A stretch of DNA of 64,000 nucleotides from an uncultured Candidatus Saccharibacteria bacterium (lineage in GTDB: Bacteria > Patescibacteriota > Minisyncoccia > Phycocordibacterales > UBA918). The first letter of the stretch is position 1. Each line of letters opens with the position of its first letter. A model generated the notes under the pieces. The model saw nothing but the letters and a program-made list of their open reading frames with translations, was not told the origin of the DNA and made no database searches. Made by a program: the position numbers and the translations under genes. The stretch is from assembly GCA_964350985.1 (NCBI GenBank), contig CAYGLK010000002.1:382-64381 (forward strand), read 5' to 3'. Below are positions 29,001 to 37,967 of this stretch, piece by piece.

Positions 29001-31013
29001 TAGTCTCATTTCCCATCCAGTCAGACCTTCTTCTCCAGCGTCACGGTTATTGTCAGAGTTTCGGTTATGGAACTTGATCACAGTAATGGTTAATTGATTT
29101 TGATCATTTGGATCTACTCCTGGACTTTCAAAGTCAAAAGTAGTTACTTTAGCTGTAGTATCTAGTACCACCTTGTCAAAGTATCCGTCTAGATCAGCAT
29201 CATTTAGTGACGTATCACCAGTATTGATGGCAAACGCTCTTATCACTGAACCTGCACCTTCGTTATCCATATCAGCTGGACTAGCAGGACATGTATGAGG
29301 TGAACCACCACTAGTAGTTACAGGATAATCTTGTGTTGGATCAAAAGTTACAGTTGCAAATCCTGCTGTAGTTCCGTTTGAAGGTACTACATCGTACTTA
29401 CAGTCGTAATAATTAGTTGGACTTGTTGCTGCAAAGTTAGCGTAGACGTTTAAGTAAAATTCTTCTGAGTCAGTGTCAGCTCCTCCTGCTCCAATCTTAA
29501 AGTCATATGAGAAAGCTTCAAGCTCGGAAATATTTCCTAGCCAAAAATATTCACCGATGAATTTTCTCGGTGCATCAGTATTACTGATCGGTAGTACATA
29601 TAGTGCTCCGTCACCAATGACACTTTCATCTTCATTGAATGCAATTGGAGTAGCATTTGCTAGATCTCGATTGAATAACCACCCCTTACCAGTTCCTAGA
29701 TCATAAGTATTTCCGGTTACTTCAACAGTTTCTGACGGTTTTGGTGGTGGTAAGACAGAAGCTTCTAGTGAAAGATTATCAATTAAGTAACCTTCTCCAG
29801 CATTTGTAGGTACAGCAGTTCCGCTAGCTCTAAATAGTAGTGTTTTGAGTAGTCGTGGGCTCTGTTCTGCTGATGCTTCGTTGTCAAAACGGTAGTAATT
29901 TTCCCAAGTACTACCAGTATGGGCTAGTGCACCATCAATATAGATTTCAGCTACATCATTATCAGGACCATCTACAGTATCAATCACAAATTTAATTGTA
30001 TGAGGAACATCTCTAGACAATGTCCCAAGATCAGTTGATACAAAGTTAGCTGGATTAGTAGTTCCTTGTGTGTCAAAGAATGTCACCGCTATACCAGTTG
30101 CATTATCAGCAAATGACAAGTAACTCATCCGAGAACCATCCCCGCGATCTGGAGAAACAGAAAGAAACATGCCTGTCTGTTCTTGAGTTGGCTTTGTAGA
30201 AGCGATGTCAAACTCAGCTTCATAGTGAGTGTAACGAGTTCCAACAGCAAAAGTTCCAGCAGTAGCGTCTACTTCTCCAACAGAGTCTGCAAAAGGAGCT
30301 GCAAAAGTGTGATCACCGAAAGAACTACTTGTTACAGAGTTTGAAATCCGTAGTGACTGACAACCAAAGTCAGTATAGCCATAGGTGTTCTCTACAATCT
30401 CTTGATCAAAAGGTCCTGTTGATTTCCAAGCATTTTGCCCATCAACATCTCCTAGAGAGAAGGTGTCAAAGGTAGTGTTTCCAACATTGTCTGTCGTATC
30501 ACATACTGGAACACTAGCTACAATCTCATCACCAGAAACGACCACATTACTTATATATGCATTATCTGTACCTCCAGCTGAGTTTACGGAGAAATAAATC
30601 TCCAGATTAGGGATATCTGACGTAGCAACATTTAGTGGCAAATTATTGACTGAGCCTATTTCACCAGCCCCTAATCCAGCTTCTCCATTAACGAATCCGA
30701 CTTCTGTTGAAGCTGCTCCGATTCGATAGCCATAACGCAATGAATCGTTAGATTCCAATCCGTCAGCAGAATCTCCTTGACCAGTTAAATCATAATCAAA
30801 TGAAAGAGTGATATTTTCATTATCTGTAGTATCAACTAGACCAACATATTCAGTCACATTGGCCTCAACTAAGATCGGTCCGGCGCTACCTCCTAGCTGT
30901 GTTGCTGCATTAGCAACAAAAAAAGACGCTGGAAAAGCGCTAATAAGTAAGGATGTCATTAACAGTAGTGCGGCAGCACGAGCTGAAAATTGTTTGTGTA
31001 AAGTAGAAATCAT
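26076..31013 (-). CDS. Giant secreted cell-surface protein (about 1645 aa) with repeated Cna-B/prealbumin-like domains and a C-terminal peptidoglycan-binding-like domain
   Basis: Signal peptide (start moved to Met 31013); repeated about 100-aa modules (GWEMRLYKE...GTYFVCE / GWKFNFYKE...GIYHVCE / AGWQLALVGE); Ser/Thr-rich linker; C-terminal VMKLQLFLSIVMGY...FDAVTFENVKAFQ. Confidence 0.7.
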   Translation of the reverse strand: MISTLHKQFSARAAALLLMTSLLISAFPASFFVANAATQLGGSAGPILVEANVTEYVGLVDTTDNENITLSFDYDLTGQGDSADGLESNDSLRYGYRIGAASTEVGFVNGEAGLGAGEIGSVNNLPLNVATSDIPNLEIYFSVNSAGGTDNAYISNVVVSGDEIVASVPVCDTTDNVGNTTFDTFSLGDVDGQNAWKSTGPFDQEIVENTYGYTDFGCQSLRISNSVTSSSFGDHTFAAPFADSVGEVDATAGTFAVGTRYTHYEAEFDIASTKPTQEQTGMFLSVSPDRGDGSRMSYLSFADNATGIAVTFFDTQGTTNPANFVSTDLGTLSRDVPHTIKFVIDTVDGPDNDVAEIYIDGALAHTGSTWENYYRFDNEASAEQSPRLLKTLLFRASGTAVPTNAGEGYLIDNLSLEASVLPPPKPSETVEVTGNTYDLGTGKGWLFNRDLANATPIAFNEDESVIGDGALYVLPISNTDAPRKFIGEYFWLGNISELEAFSYDFKIGAGGADTDSEEFYLNVYANFAATSPTNYYDCKYDVVPSNGTTAGFATVTFDPTQDYPVTTSGGSPHTCPASPADMDNEGAGSVIRAFAINTGDTSLNDADLDGYFDKVVLDTTAKVTTFDFESPGVDPNDQNQLTITVIKFHNRNSDNNRDAGEEGLTGWEMRLYKEMPSSWSLVATGTTDVTGQKKFPQQKEAGTYFVCEVNQLGWTQVAPAEDTQTVNTSPNVGEEGAYCTRTVYTDVADRSTKPEIGNVSNDLNNENQFNFSGLKFENKNGDRDRDIGEDVLAGWKFNFYKEVAGDWTFIASSTTGADGVYKFPTQYDAGIYHVCEENQIGWDQVRQDWSGTPYHIVTDNLSPNASIEGPYCATATYTDESDRSKKSYFGNMKEPEVVDYSTVTMCKYDEQDNPLAGWQLALVGEQVLKLAFAPTADTQTMSAVPAGDYVLKAEGSYNYGNGNRFADARFSERKPGEANYVGPYLPWVVASPVHGGLAVQVDGDLGALWGDVFSPSHVYYGSVSKATTGDIQFTMYDDGYSDNSGSIDLTLSKGFTGVTEANGCITFTDVPYGSYEVEELLQGGFENTSGLTEVEVDEDTETFTVVNNDLSFVPPCEVEAYSDAGTVVIENNAYATSTYVHKNWTASIPGADWIWEAYQVIDPTVTTIKTFEETFTAVDPNTATLDVAADNGYRVFVNDELVADRTGNANNFQTHTQKTFTSEILDELVSGENTLRIEVTNSGVPNSNYLQNPAGLLFKLVVNGASDCAVTTETEPIPDTLVITNPAADNDVVPRTLFSFEAEYTDNDTTVDNIQWAIRAGTCSAGVGTIAGNVDGFNNTSTFSGINFSAQLDTTTWDAGNYCFIVNPSEQTGEPNLRESRLFIIEPIVDTDPAPVAMYEISGFKYEVTGSATSTVSDWTITATNGTTSTTTVTAVDGSYSFMLPEGSWTVSEEMQLGWDQSSVNQNGVFLADGPGLEECNISLSSGRSSSNTCDFYNEQEVIASTPSSSSRSSSSGTQTSRFATPTPEGLVLGASTSTTTTMCPFLDEYQKIGTDNTWFEVMKLQLFLSIVMGYDNPATGVFDAVTFENVKAFQLRYSDEVLDPWFDAGITADNNPTGYVFKTTKWKINDIICPGHEAFPTLTE

Positions 31014-31141
31014 AATTAAAGTGAATAAGTTTATAAAACTCACCACGAGCCCACAGCCCATAGATACAAATACGGTACTCTCATTTCACAAAATTGCAAG
31101 ACATTTTTATTGCCTATTGTATTCTTACTTATATAAGATAG

Positions 31142-31158
31142 TTTAAGAACTTTTATAG
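31142..31158. repeat. Island repeat copy R16 (partial: gtttaagaacttttatag); left end of cassette array
   Basis: Matches the 3' part of the repeat consensus (gttagaacttttat); overlaps the stop codon of the NUDIX-like gene. Confidence 0.5.
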
Positions 31159-31608
31159 TAAGTTCTCAGAAATAAGGAGAGTTCTTGTGCACTCACCCAT
31201 TTGGCCACCGTTCTCTTTATTTATTAAATCTAGTAGCTTTATTGGAGTTACCCACCTCATTTCAGTATATTCTTCAGTATATTCTTCAGTATTAAAATTA
31301 ATATTTCCCTCGTAGCCTTCAACAACGTAATCTGTCATCTTTAAATCATATTCTCCCCTGTCTACCAATGGTGATACCCCGAGCGGAACCTTATTTAATG
31401 TTACTTGTTCCAGTCCGAGTTTTGTCTTTACTAGTCTATTTGCAACCTGAGAAACATTCTCCCCTGGTCTTATATAAGTTGAAGGGATAGACCAAGCATT
31501 TGGAAATGAATCCTTATTAGGTGAACGCTTTAAAACCAACACTTTATCTAAGTCTCGAAATACTAATGAAATTGCTTCTTTGAAGTCTTTACTCATACAG
31601 AAAAGCAT
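31153..31608 (-). CDS. NUDIX-like hydrolase (degenerate Nudix box); cassette 1. Likely start at Met 31596
   Basis: GENVSQVANRLVKTKLGL at the Nudix-box position (REx2EE replaced), overall Nudix-fold size. Confidence 0.45.
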   Translation of the reverse strand: MLFCMSKDFKEAISLVFRDLDKVLVLKRSPNKDSFPNAWSIPSTYIRPGENVSQVANRLVKTKLGLEQVTLNKVPLGVSPLVDRGEYDLKMTDYVVEGYEGNINFNTEEYTEEYTEMRWVTPIKLLDLINKENGGQMGECTRTLLISENLL

Positions 31609-31643
31609 ACCACGTTGGGAATTAAATATAATCTAACTGTCTA

Positions 31644-31666
31644 TCTGAGACGATGTTAGAACTTTT
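31644..31666. repeat. Island repeat copy R15 (partial core tctgagacgatgttagaactttt)
   Basis: 20/23 identity to repeat core. Confidence 0.7.
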
Positions 31667-31669
31667 ATG

Positions 31670-31933
31670 CTAGAGAACAGAGAATAAGGCAGCCACGATA
31701 ATTGCTATTAACAAGGAAATTCCAAAGGAAATCAGTGATTTCTTAATTCGATTCTCGCTATTATAAACAAAACCTATTAATCCAAATATTAATGGTACCA
31801 CTATGAAATATACTGGTAAAATCCACAACCTATCCGTAAGTCCTTCAAGTGTGTGATTAGGGTTGGAACGACTAATAAAAAGAATCAGACCACTAACTAC
31901 CGTAGACGAAATAATTATTGATATGTTTTTCAT
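31670..31933 (-). CDS. Small 2-TM membrane protein; cassette 2
   Basis: Track ORF 31670..32083 reads through repeat R14 (..KKVLTSSHTAS..); real start taken at Met 31933 just downstream of a TATATTAT -10. Confidence 0.4.
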   Translation of the reverse strand: MKNISIIISSTVVSGLILFISRSNPNHTLEGLTDRLWILPVYFIVVPLIFGLIGFVYNSENRIKKSLISFGISLLIAIIVAALFSVL

Positions 31934-31945
31934 ACCTATAATATA

Positions 31946-31990
31946 GCAAATTGTGTTGCTGGCTGTGTGGGACGATGTTAGAACTTTTTT
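31946..31990. repeat. Island repeat copy R14 (gcaaattgtgttgctggctgtgtgggacgatgttagaactttttt)
   Basis: Full core; its left flank aaattgtgttgctg is identical to the flank immediately 3' of tRNA-Gln. Confidence 0.85.
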
Positions 31991-32122
31991 TATGCTGTAG
32001 TGTACAGGTTTTGAGAAGTCTATTTGACAAAGATGAATAACTAATGTATAAAACATGAGTGTCGAAAGAAAATCGATCTTCATGGATAAGTACCTTAAAT
32101 TAAATTACGAAGCGAGGGTGTC

Positions 32123-32452
32123 ATGTCGAGAATTTACGAAAAGAATAGAAACTCCCACCCCTCTAGCGCTAAGCTAGTAAGGCACTTGTTGGTGAAAGAA
32201 ATGAAACAAGTTCGAGGAGAAGGAAACGGTGGACTTCCGCAATACATAGGTATGCCATTACTTCTTCCACCCAACACAGTTCTTCAAACGCTTTTGGATG
32301 CTGAGTCATTCAAAAGCCCGATCTTTGTCTTGTACGAAGAAAGAGGGGTAGTAAACACCTACCAAACTCACAATGTCATCAGCTTTCTGCAAATTGGCGA
32401 CCTCTACTTCCTTTACACCGAGCACACTACCTATCAAGTAATGCTCGATTAA
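32123..32452 (+). CDS. Hypothetical protein (only plus-strand cassette gene)
   Basis: 109-aa ORF followed by a strong plus-strand terminator. Confidence 0.35.
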   Translation: MSRIYEKNRNSHPSSAKLVRHLLVKEMKQVRGEGNGGLPQYIGMPLLLPPNTVLQTLLDAESFKSPIFVLYEERGVVNTYQTHNVISFLQIGDLYFLYTEHTTYQVMLD

Positions 32453-32515
32453 ACTCGTCAAGAGTGAGGTCTTGTTTGATTCAAAGCATTTAAAGTGAAA
32501 TAGCCGCCCGAAGAA

Positions 32516-32560
32516 GCCTGGAGGAGCAAATGCTCAATCATGCTCCTCCAGGCGGTTTTT
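32516..32560 (+). terminator. Intrinsic terminator (gcctggaggagc...gctcctccaggc + GGTTTTT)
   Basis: 12-bp perfect stem and T-run on plus strand. Confidence 0.65.
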
Positions 32561-32569
32561 ATATAAAAT

Positions 32570-32598
32570 GGCTTTCTGGGACGATATTAGAAAAATTT
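32570..32598. repeat. Island repeat copy R13 (degenerate: ggctttctgggacgatattagaaaaattt)
   Basis: Core GGGACGAT-TTAGAA conserved; ends at the NADAR gene stop codon. Confidence 0.6.
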
Positions 32599-33073
32599 AT
32601 CCCAACAACTCTGACCTAAGCTCCATCCAAATTTCACCTAACCAATTCTTTCCCTGCCAATCTTCACCGCGTCCCCAACAACTGTCTTTTGGTGAATCTT
32701 CAACCAATTTTGTACTTCCTGTTTCTTGCAAAGTCTTTTTAATATATTCATGCTGAGACAATTTATTTCGGCAAATATCCTTCATCACTTCTCTTTTTTC
32801 TTCCTCCCAATTAATGCTTAGCTTTCCTTGATACTTAATAGCAAGTTTTAAGGCGTCATGTGCAGATTTTGCGTTTGCTATCTCCTCGATAATTTCTGAG
32901 TCATTAAAGCCAGCTGCCTGGAAAGCATGCTCTGACGTTTGCCATTCACGCCCCTTCCACGTTACGGCAAATGCGGCAAAATTTGAAAAACAATAACCAA
33001 ATTCTCCAGCATAAAAAAGAATTGGGTCTGTGATTTGTTCTGAATATTGATTCTCACCCTTGATGACAAACAT
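32597..33073 (-). CDS. NADAR-domain (YbiA/DUF1768) protein; cassette 4
   Basis: ILFYAGEFGYCFSNFAAF...WQTSEHAFQAAGF...LVEDSPKDSCWGRGEDWQGKNWLG are hallmark NADAR motifs. Confidence 0.8.
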   Translation of the reverse strand: MFVIKGENQYSEQITDPILFYAGEFGYCFSNFAAFAVTWKGREWQTSEHAFQAAGFNDSEIIEEIANAKSAHDALKLAIKYQGKLSINWEEEKREVMKDICRNKLSQHEYIKKTLQETGSTKLVEDSPKDSCWGRGEDWQGKNWLGEIWMELRSELLG

Positions 33074-33077
33074 GATA

Positions 33078-33163
33078 AAAGTATATCAAAGTTCCGTCGT
33101 ACCTGTTTGGCATAGATTTTAGAGTCGAAAATAAGTCTCAAATATCATACTGGCTGTTAAAGG
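33078..33163. repeat. Island repeat copy R12 (extended, degenerate: aagtatatcaaagttccgtcgtacc...gaaaataagtctcaaatatcatactggctgttaaagg)
   Basis: About 80% identical over about 85 bp to the extended copy upstream of the MBL gene (43966-44040). Confidence 0.7.
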
Positions 33164-33293
33164 TTTGGCCAGGATTCGTTTATTTAAATAAAGAGCTTTT
33201 GAAATCAGATACTGTAGCAGTTTTAATATTTTGTACACGACCTATCACCACCGCACCTAAAGATAAATCCTGCAGCGACAAAATTTTTACTTA

Positions 33294-34586
33294 TTATTTC
33301 ACCTTAACTCCCTCCGGAATACTGTTTGGATCAACAATAAATCCTTGCATGTCCTTACGTCCAATAATTACCGGGAAGCGTAGATGTCCCCGCGGTGTGT
33401 ATGTTGCAATTGAATCTATCTTTTTACCCTTCATTTTGAATTGCAAAGATACAGTTTGGCGTCTCTGACGCCCGCTACCTGAACGAACGCTTACAAATTT
33501 ATTACGCTCGTCTAGACCCAACTCTTCTACTAAGTCACTATCTAGTGACGTACGATAAGCACCTGTATCCACCTTGGCTCGTACCGTCTTCTTTTTCTTA
33601 TTGCCATAAATAGTAATCTTCTCTATGACCGATAGTATATTAGAAGGAATATCTTCAACGGTTTCAAGCGATACTTCCGCAAAAAGTTTTTTTGCCAATT
33701 CAACCCCTCGCTCAATTTTTTGAACCTTAAGATCAGCTATTCTTTCTAAACGAGTACGTAATGAAGCTTGGTTTGCTACTTGTATTCCTAATCCGGGTCG
33801 AGCATTTATTTCAAGCACCAACGGACCATGCTGTTGATCAAGTACAACATCAATACCCGCAAAGCCTAGTCTTGAGCATAGCTGAGCCTTTACTGCTACT
33901 TCTAAAATCTTGTCCCAATCAGGAATTTTGATGCCACGCACTTTTGTTTTAGTTCCTGGAATGTATTCTGTGACCTGTTGATTGACTACTCCATAAGTAG
34001 TAATACCTGTTCTCATGTCTATACCCACACCTAGAGCACCTAAGTGTAGGTTGGCTTTACCATCAGAAAAGATAGTCGGTAGACGCATCATCGCCATCAC
34101 CGGTACGCCGTTACAGACAATCAAACGAACATCTGGCACGCCTTTACTTATGTATTTTTTGAAAAAAGGATGTGGAATTATGCGATCTTCTATAAACGCA
34201 GCGTCTGGAAGATTATTAAGCGAATGCTCACCGTCAAGCGTACTAAAAATGATTCGCTCGAGCTCCGCTATATCTATGTCATTATTTTTTTCAGTACTTC
34301 CATGAGTACCATTCCACTTGCGCACCACTGTAATACCACGCCCACCATAACCGCGTGCTGGTTTCACTGCAAAATCCTTCGGTAGCAAAGACCAATCAAA
34401 ATTACGAACATCTTGCAATGAACGAAATACTGCCAAAATCGCATTGGTAGGAACATCATTTTCTAGTAAACGCTTTTTCGTCAATAACTTATCATCAGCT
34501 ACTAGTTTTTGACTACGTCGATTGAACTGTCTTATATATAAGTAATTGCGAGCATTCATGCCCAGCATTGAAGTGCTGATAGCCAT
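33294..34586 (-). CDS. RimK-related ATP-grasp (alpha-L-glutamate-ligase-like) enzyme fused to a C-terminal retropepsin-like aspartic protease domain
   Basis: ATP-grasp core motifs (PDVRLIVCNG, GPLVLEINARPGL); C-terminal RAKVDTGAYRTSLD (D-T-G aspartyl protease signature). Confidence 0.75.
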   Translation of the reverse strand: MAISTSMLGMNARNYLYIRQFNRRSQKLVADDKLLTKKRLLENDVPTNAILAVFRSLQDVRNFDWSLLPKDFAVKPARGYGGRGITVVRKWNGTHGSTEKNNDIDIAELERIIFSTLDGEHSLNNLPDAAFIEDRIIPHPFFKKYISKGVPDVRLIVCNGVPVMAMMRLPTIFSDGKANLHLGALGVGIDMRTGITTYGVVNQQVTEYIPGTKTKVRGIKIPDWDKILEVAVKAQLCSRLGFAGIDVVLDQQHGPLVLEINARPGLGIQVANQASLRTRLERIADLKVQKIERGVELAKKLFAEVSLETVEDIPSNILSVIEKITIYGNKKKKTVRAKVDTGAYRTSLDSDLVEELGLDERNKFVSVRSGSGRQRRQTVSLQFKMKGKKIDSIATYTPRGHLRFPVIIGRKDMQGFIVDPNSIPEGVKVK

Positions 34587-34590
34587 ACAA

Positions 34591-35565
34591 CTAATCTAGT
34601 GAAACTTTATTAAATCGAAACACTTCAAACAATCGTAGACCAAAGTAGCGGCCAACTAGAATATTTGCAGGTATGACAAGGAACAATACTTCTGGATACA
34701 AAATAATAAAATTCTGGATTGCAATACTTGTAGCCGCTAAATAGCCGACCAAACCAATTACTATTGTTGTAGCGGTGATCATAAATGTTTCTGAACTACT
34801 CTTGTGTAATTGTACTGATACGATCATGTCTCCAAGTAACATCAAAACCAAAATTGGGAAAATTGATACGCTCAAAATACGTTCAAAATCAAGTACAACT
34901 CCTACAGACAAGGCTGCAAACACAGCTAGTGATAGAAGTACCATCGACAACGAGCGCTTTGGATAAAACATGATTTTTAATTTTGTGAGACTTATTTTAG
35001 ATATATACGAAGCAATAAGAATTGCACTCAATACCAGTAATCCAACAGTTATACCGACTGCAACCAGTGCAAACGCTAAGGCAATAGGGACCAACATATC
35101 CAAAGTCGGAAGACCAACTACTGTCCGAACAAAACTAACAAGTAAAGCTAGGAACGGGGTGAGCAGGATCAAAAAAATTGTATTTGCTGGTACACCAGCT
35201 CTCACAGATTCTTGTACCCAAAAAGCCATACCATTAAACCACCCCAATTTATCAACCAAACGATCTTCAAACAGTGAGATGATTGCTACTTTTTCTGACA
35301 ACTCTTCTGGCTGGGTAATATCTTTTGATTGTACCAGTTCACGCTGAGAAATAATGCCAGCCGCGGTTGTAGAAGGTGTTGCATCTTCTGCGTTAACCGT
35401 GCCGTTAGTAGTTGTAGTGGTACTCGTTGCCACAAGTGACTCCTCAGATTGAAACTGAAAATTTGAATTAGAACCCTGAGCAAGTCCAGCCTGCGGCACA
35501 CTAAAAAACGTCGTACAAACTACAACTAGTGTGAGCATCAAACATTTGTTATATATAAATTTCAT
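34591..35565 (-). CDS. Seven-TM membrane protein of the inactive-transglutaminase-fused-7TM family
   Basis: Secreted N-terminal segment then about 7 TM helices; genomic context (between QEGLA and RimK-related ATP-grasp genes) matches the described triad. Confidence 0.5.
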   Translation of the reverse strand: MKFIYNKCLMLTLVVVCTTFFSVPQAGLAQGSNSNFQFQSEESLVATSTTTTTNGTVNAEDATPSTTAAGIISQRELVQSKDITQPEELSEKVAIISLFEDRLVDKLGWFNGMAFWVQESVRAGVPANTIFLILLTPFLALLVSFVRTVVGLPTLDMLVPIALAFALVAVGITVGLLVLSAILIASYISKISLTKLKIMFYPKRSLSMVLLSLAVFAALSVGVVLDFERILSVSIFPILVLMLLGDMIVSVQLHKSSSETFMITATTIVIGLVGYLAATSIAIQNFIILYPEVLFLVIPANILVGRYFGLRLFEVFRFNKVSLD

Positions 35566-35566
35566 A

Positions 35567-36850
35567 TTACCAATCAGTTAAAATTTCTAAGGCTTTCAAT
35601 GCTTTGATGTGGCGAGGCAGCAACGGGTTATATTTACCTAGAAAAAGTTTAGGATAGATATGTGGCTTTTCAGACAATAGATGCCAAATCTCAATATTAC
35701 CTTCCATATAGACTATATCTCTTGTGTAAATAAAGCCAGTGCTTTGTCCAGTGGTACCACGAAAGATACGTACGCACACATCCCAAGCAGAGCGTAAGGG
35801 CACTAATTTTTGATGCTCTTTGCTCACGGTCGCTAAAATTGTGTAGTAATCAACCATCACACTAAACACTGATCTAAAGTCTCGAGGTGTACCGTCCATA
35901 CCCACAGCAAGACTAGCGGCCATATAGCGATCAAAACCATAAAATTCGGTTGCTCCCTCACACTGTTGTTGAACGTATGAGGCAACGCCTTCTTCTCCTT
36001 GCAGATAAGAATCCAAACCAATTTGAAGTAAATGTAGGTTACTCCCGGCTCCACAATACGAACGCCGCACATGCACTCCGATCTCGTGTGTTGCCAATGC
36101 CTTAACTTGCAGCTTAGTCAGTAACTTAGGACGAGCAAGTAACTTTTCCTTACCAGGGATGTAGATAATCCTTTGTGGTGTACTCACTGCAAAATTGACT
36201 CTTTTGTTTTCTTGGTCTACTTGGATTTTCCACCCTGTTATCTCATACTCATCGAGAGTTTCTCTAAAAACAGCCACAACTTCATCAGGAGTCTGAATAA
36301 AAACATCATCGTGTACTAATGGAGGTAATATATCCGAACTGATATCTACTCCAGTTACGTTAATTTTAGAAAAGATTTTTTTAAGATGTCGAACTTCAAC
36401 TAAATGCTCTGGGCCCGCTAGTTTAGTCAGATTCATCACCTTTTTGGCGATATACGCAAAGTATTTATTCTTTGGTTTACCGTGCAACTGACAGCTTAGA
36501 CGATAAAATTCTTTATCGTCACTATTCATCGAAGCATTAAACATACCAACTCTGTTAATTTGATTTGTTATTTTTGCCTCATAGAGCTTTTTAACGACCT
36601 CGTTCTCTTCAGTTTTAACAATCTCTTGTAAAAGCAATTCTAAGCTTTTACAAGAAAGCGGCTCATTCATTTTTGATTCAGTATTGCTTGTGTATGAAAA
36701 AAGAGGGTTTTCTATTTCATTATCCAAAAAACGCTCACGCTCTTCGTTGTCGATTTTCATACGACTCTGGATCCAGTCCACATCGTCACTATAGCTCTTA
36801 TTTATGGCTACTAGCTGGCTAAACCAAGATCCATCGTAAATTTGTGCCAT
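35567..36850 (-). CDS. QEGLA-motif (DUF1704) family protein
   Basis: HEIGVHVRRS and LQGEEGVASYV (QEG.A-like) motifs; first gene of the three-gene module. Confidence 0.5.
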   Translation of the reverse strand: MAQIYDGSWFSQLVAINKSYSDDVDWIQSRMKIDNEERERFLDNEIENPLFSYTSNTESKMNEPLSCKSLELLLQEIVKTEENEVVKKLYEAKITNQINRVGMFNASMNSDDKEFYRLSCQLHGKPKNKYFAYIAKKVMNLTKLAGPEHLVEVRHLKKIFSKINVTGVDISSDILPPLVHDDVFIQTPDEVVAVFRETLDEYEITGWKIQVDQENKRVNFAVSTPQRIIYIPGKEKLLARPKLLTKLQVKALATHEIGVHVRRSYCGAGSNLHLLQIGLDSYLQGEEGVASYVQQQCEGATEFYGFDRYMAASLAVGMDGTPRDFRSVFSVMVDYYTILATVSKEHQKLVPLRSAWDVCVRIFRGTTGQSTGFIYTRDIVYMEGNIEIWHLLSEKPHIYPKLFLGKYNPLLPRHIKALKALEILTDW

Positions 36851-36919
36851 ATTGGCTAAAACATTAGCATTAACGCCACAATTTGTACATTATCCAAGAG
36901 TGATAAATGAAGTGTTAAT

Positions 36920-36949
36920 GGCCGTCTGGGACGAAGTTAGAACTTTTTT
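36920..36949. repeat. Island repeat copy R11 (ggccgtctgggacgaagttagaacttttttt)
   Basis: 27/31 identity to core. Confidence 0.8.
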
Positions 36950-36981
36950 ACTCTATATTTAGTCAAATAAATCTCTATTGA

Positions 36982-37425
36982 TTACTTTTCTTCAAAAAAC
37001 TCTGAATATTGACTTCCTTGCAACATAGACTCTAGAGCCTCCTTCATAAACGGCACAAATTCAGATAGTCTCTCACCCACAGGAATCCACATTACTTCAC
37101 TGCACCTGTGTGGCTCGGTATTGACTGGATCTTGGTCACAACACTCAATTTTGAAATAATAATGAGTTCTATCATGTCTACCCTCAACATTTCGGTTGTA
37201 CTGTATGTGAACAAAACTAATATCGTCGACTGAAACATCGATACCAACCTCTTCTTTTGCCTCACGCACTGCTGCTTCTCGAGGGGTTTCATCAGGGTCA
37301 ATGTGTCCAGCTGGCATATTGAGGCGACCATCACAATATCCAGTATTGCAACGACGACCTACAAACCATTTACCATCACACTCAAGTAACAAACAGACAG
37401 CAGGAATGATTACATGTTTTTCCAT
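36982..37425 (-). CDS. NUDIX hydrolase; cassette 6
   Basis: Canonical Nudix box GHIDPDETPREAAVREAKEEVGI. Confidence 0.85.
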   Translation of the reverse strand: MEKHVIIPAVCLLLECDGKWFVGRRCNTGYCDGRLNMPAGHIDPDETPREAAVREAKEEVGIDVSVDDISFVHIQYNRNVEGRHDRTHYYFKIECCDQDPVNTEPHRCSEVMWIPVGERLSEFVPFMKEALESMLQGSQYSEFFEEK

Positions 37426-37475
37426 ACATCAAAGTATATCAAAAGTTCAAAAGTGAAGGTATGAAGAATATGTTT

Positions 37476-37530
37476 ATAAATAAGCCTCAAATATCAAGCT
37501 GGCTGTGTGGGACGATGTTAGAACTTTTTT
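37476..37530. repeat. Island repeat copy R10 (ataaataagcctcaaatatcaagctggctgtgtgggacgatgttagaactttttt)
   Basis: Full extended copy. Confidence 0.9.
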
Positions 37531-37532
37531 GA

Positions 37533-37916
37533 TCAATATATAAGAAAAGCCGTACTCCAGGTGGCTTTCCTGTCATACGACTTACAATTCTTACAATGCT
37601 CAACCAGGTAATCATAAACCCGCATCCCATTCCATGGGAAATTATCAAGTTTCTGGGGAATATTTGGAAGATCTGGAGGAACAACGAAGATTACATCCAG
37701 ATCTCCTTCATCATCAGATTTTTGGATACGAATTCGATCTCCCTCCTTCACTTCGTACCAGTCTGGAAAATAACTTGATTTTTCGTTTCGTTTGAGAATT
37801 TTGTCTGATATTAGCCCGAGTTCTCTGAGCTCCGATTGCTCAATCTTTCTACCAGTACAAGTTGGTTGAAAAACAAAATCGGAACAACCAACATAGGTCT
37901 CCAGCAAAATAATCAT
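37533..37916 (-). CDS. Hypothetical protein; cassette 7
   Basis: 127-aa ORF ending 2 nt from the R10 repeat; no recognisable family. Confidence 0.4.
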   Translation of the reverse strand: MIILLETYVGCSDFVFQPTCTGRKIEQSELRELGLISDKILKRNEKSSYFPDWYEVKEGDRIRIQKSDDEGDLDVIFVVPPDLPNIPQKLDNFPWNGMRVYDYLVEHCKNCKSYDRKATWSTAFLIY

Positions 37917-37967
37917 TGTCGTTATCTCTTGTTAACTGACAGGATAATACAACAGAATATAGTTGAC

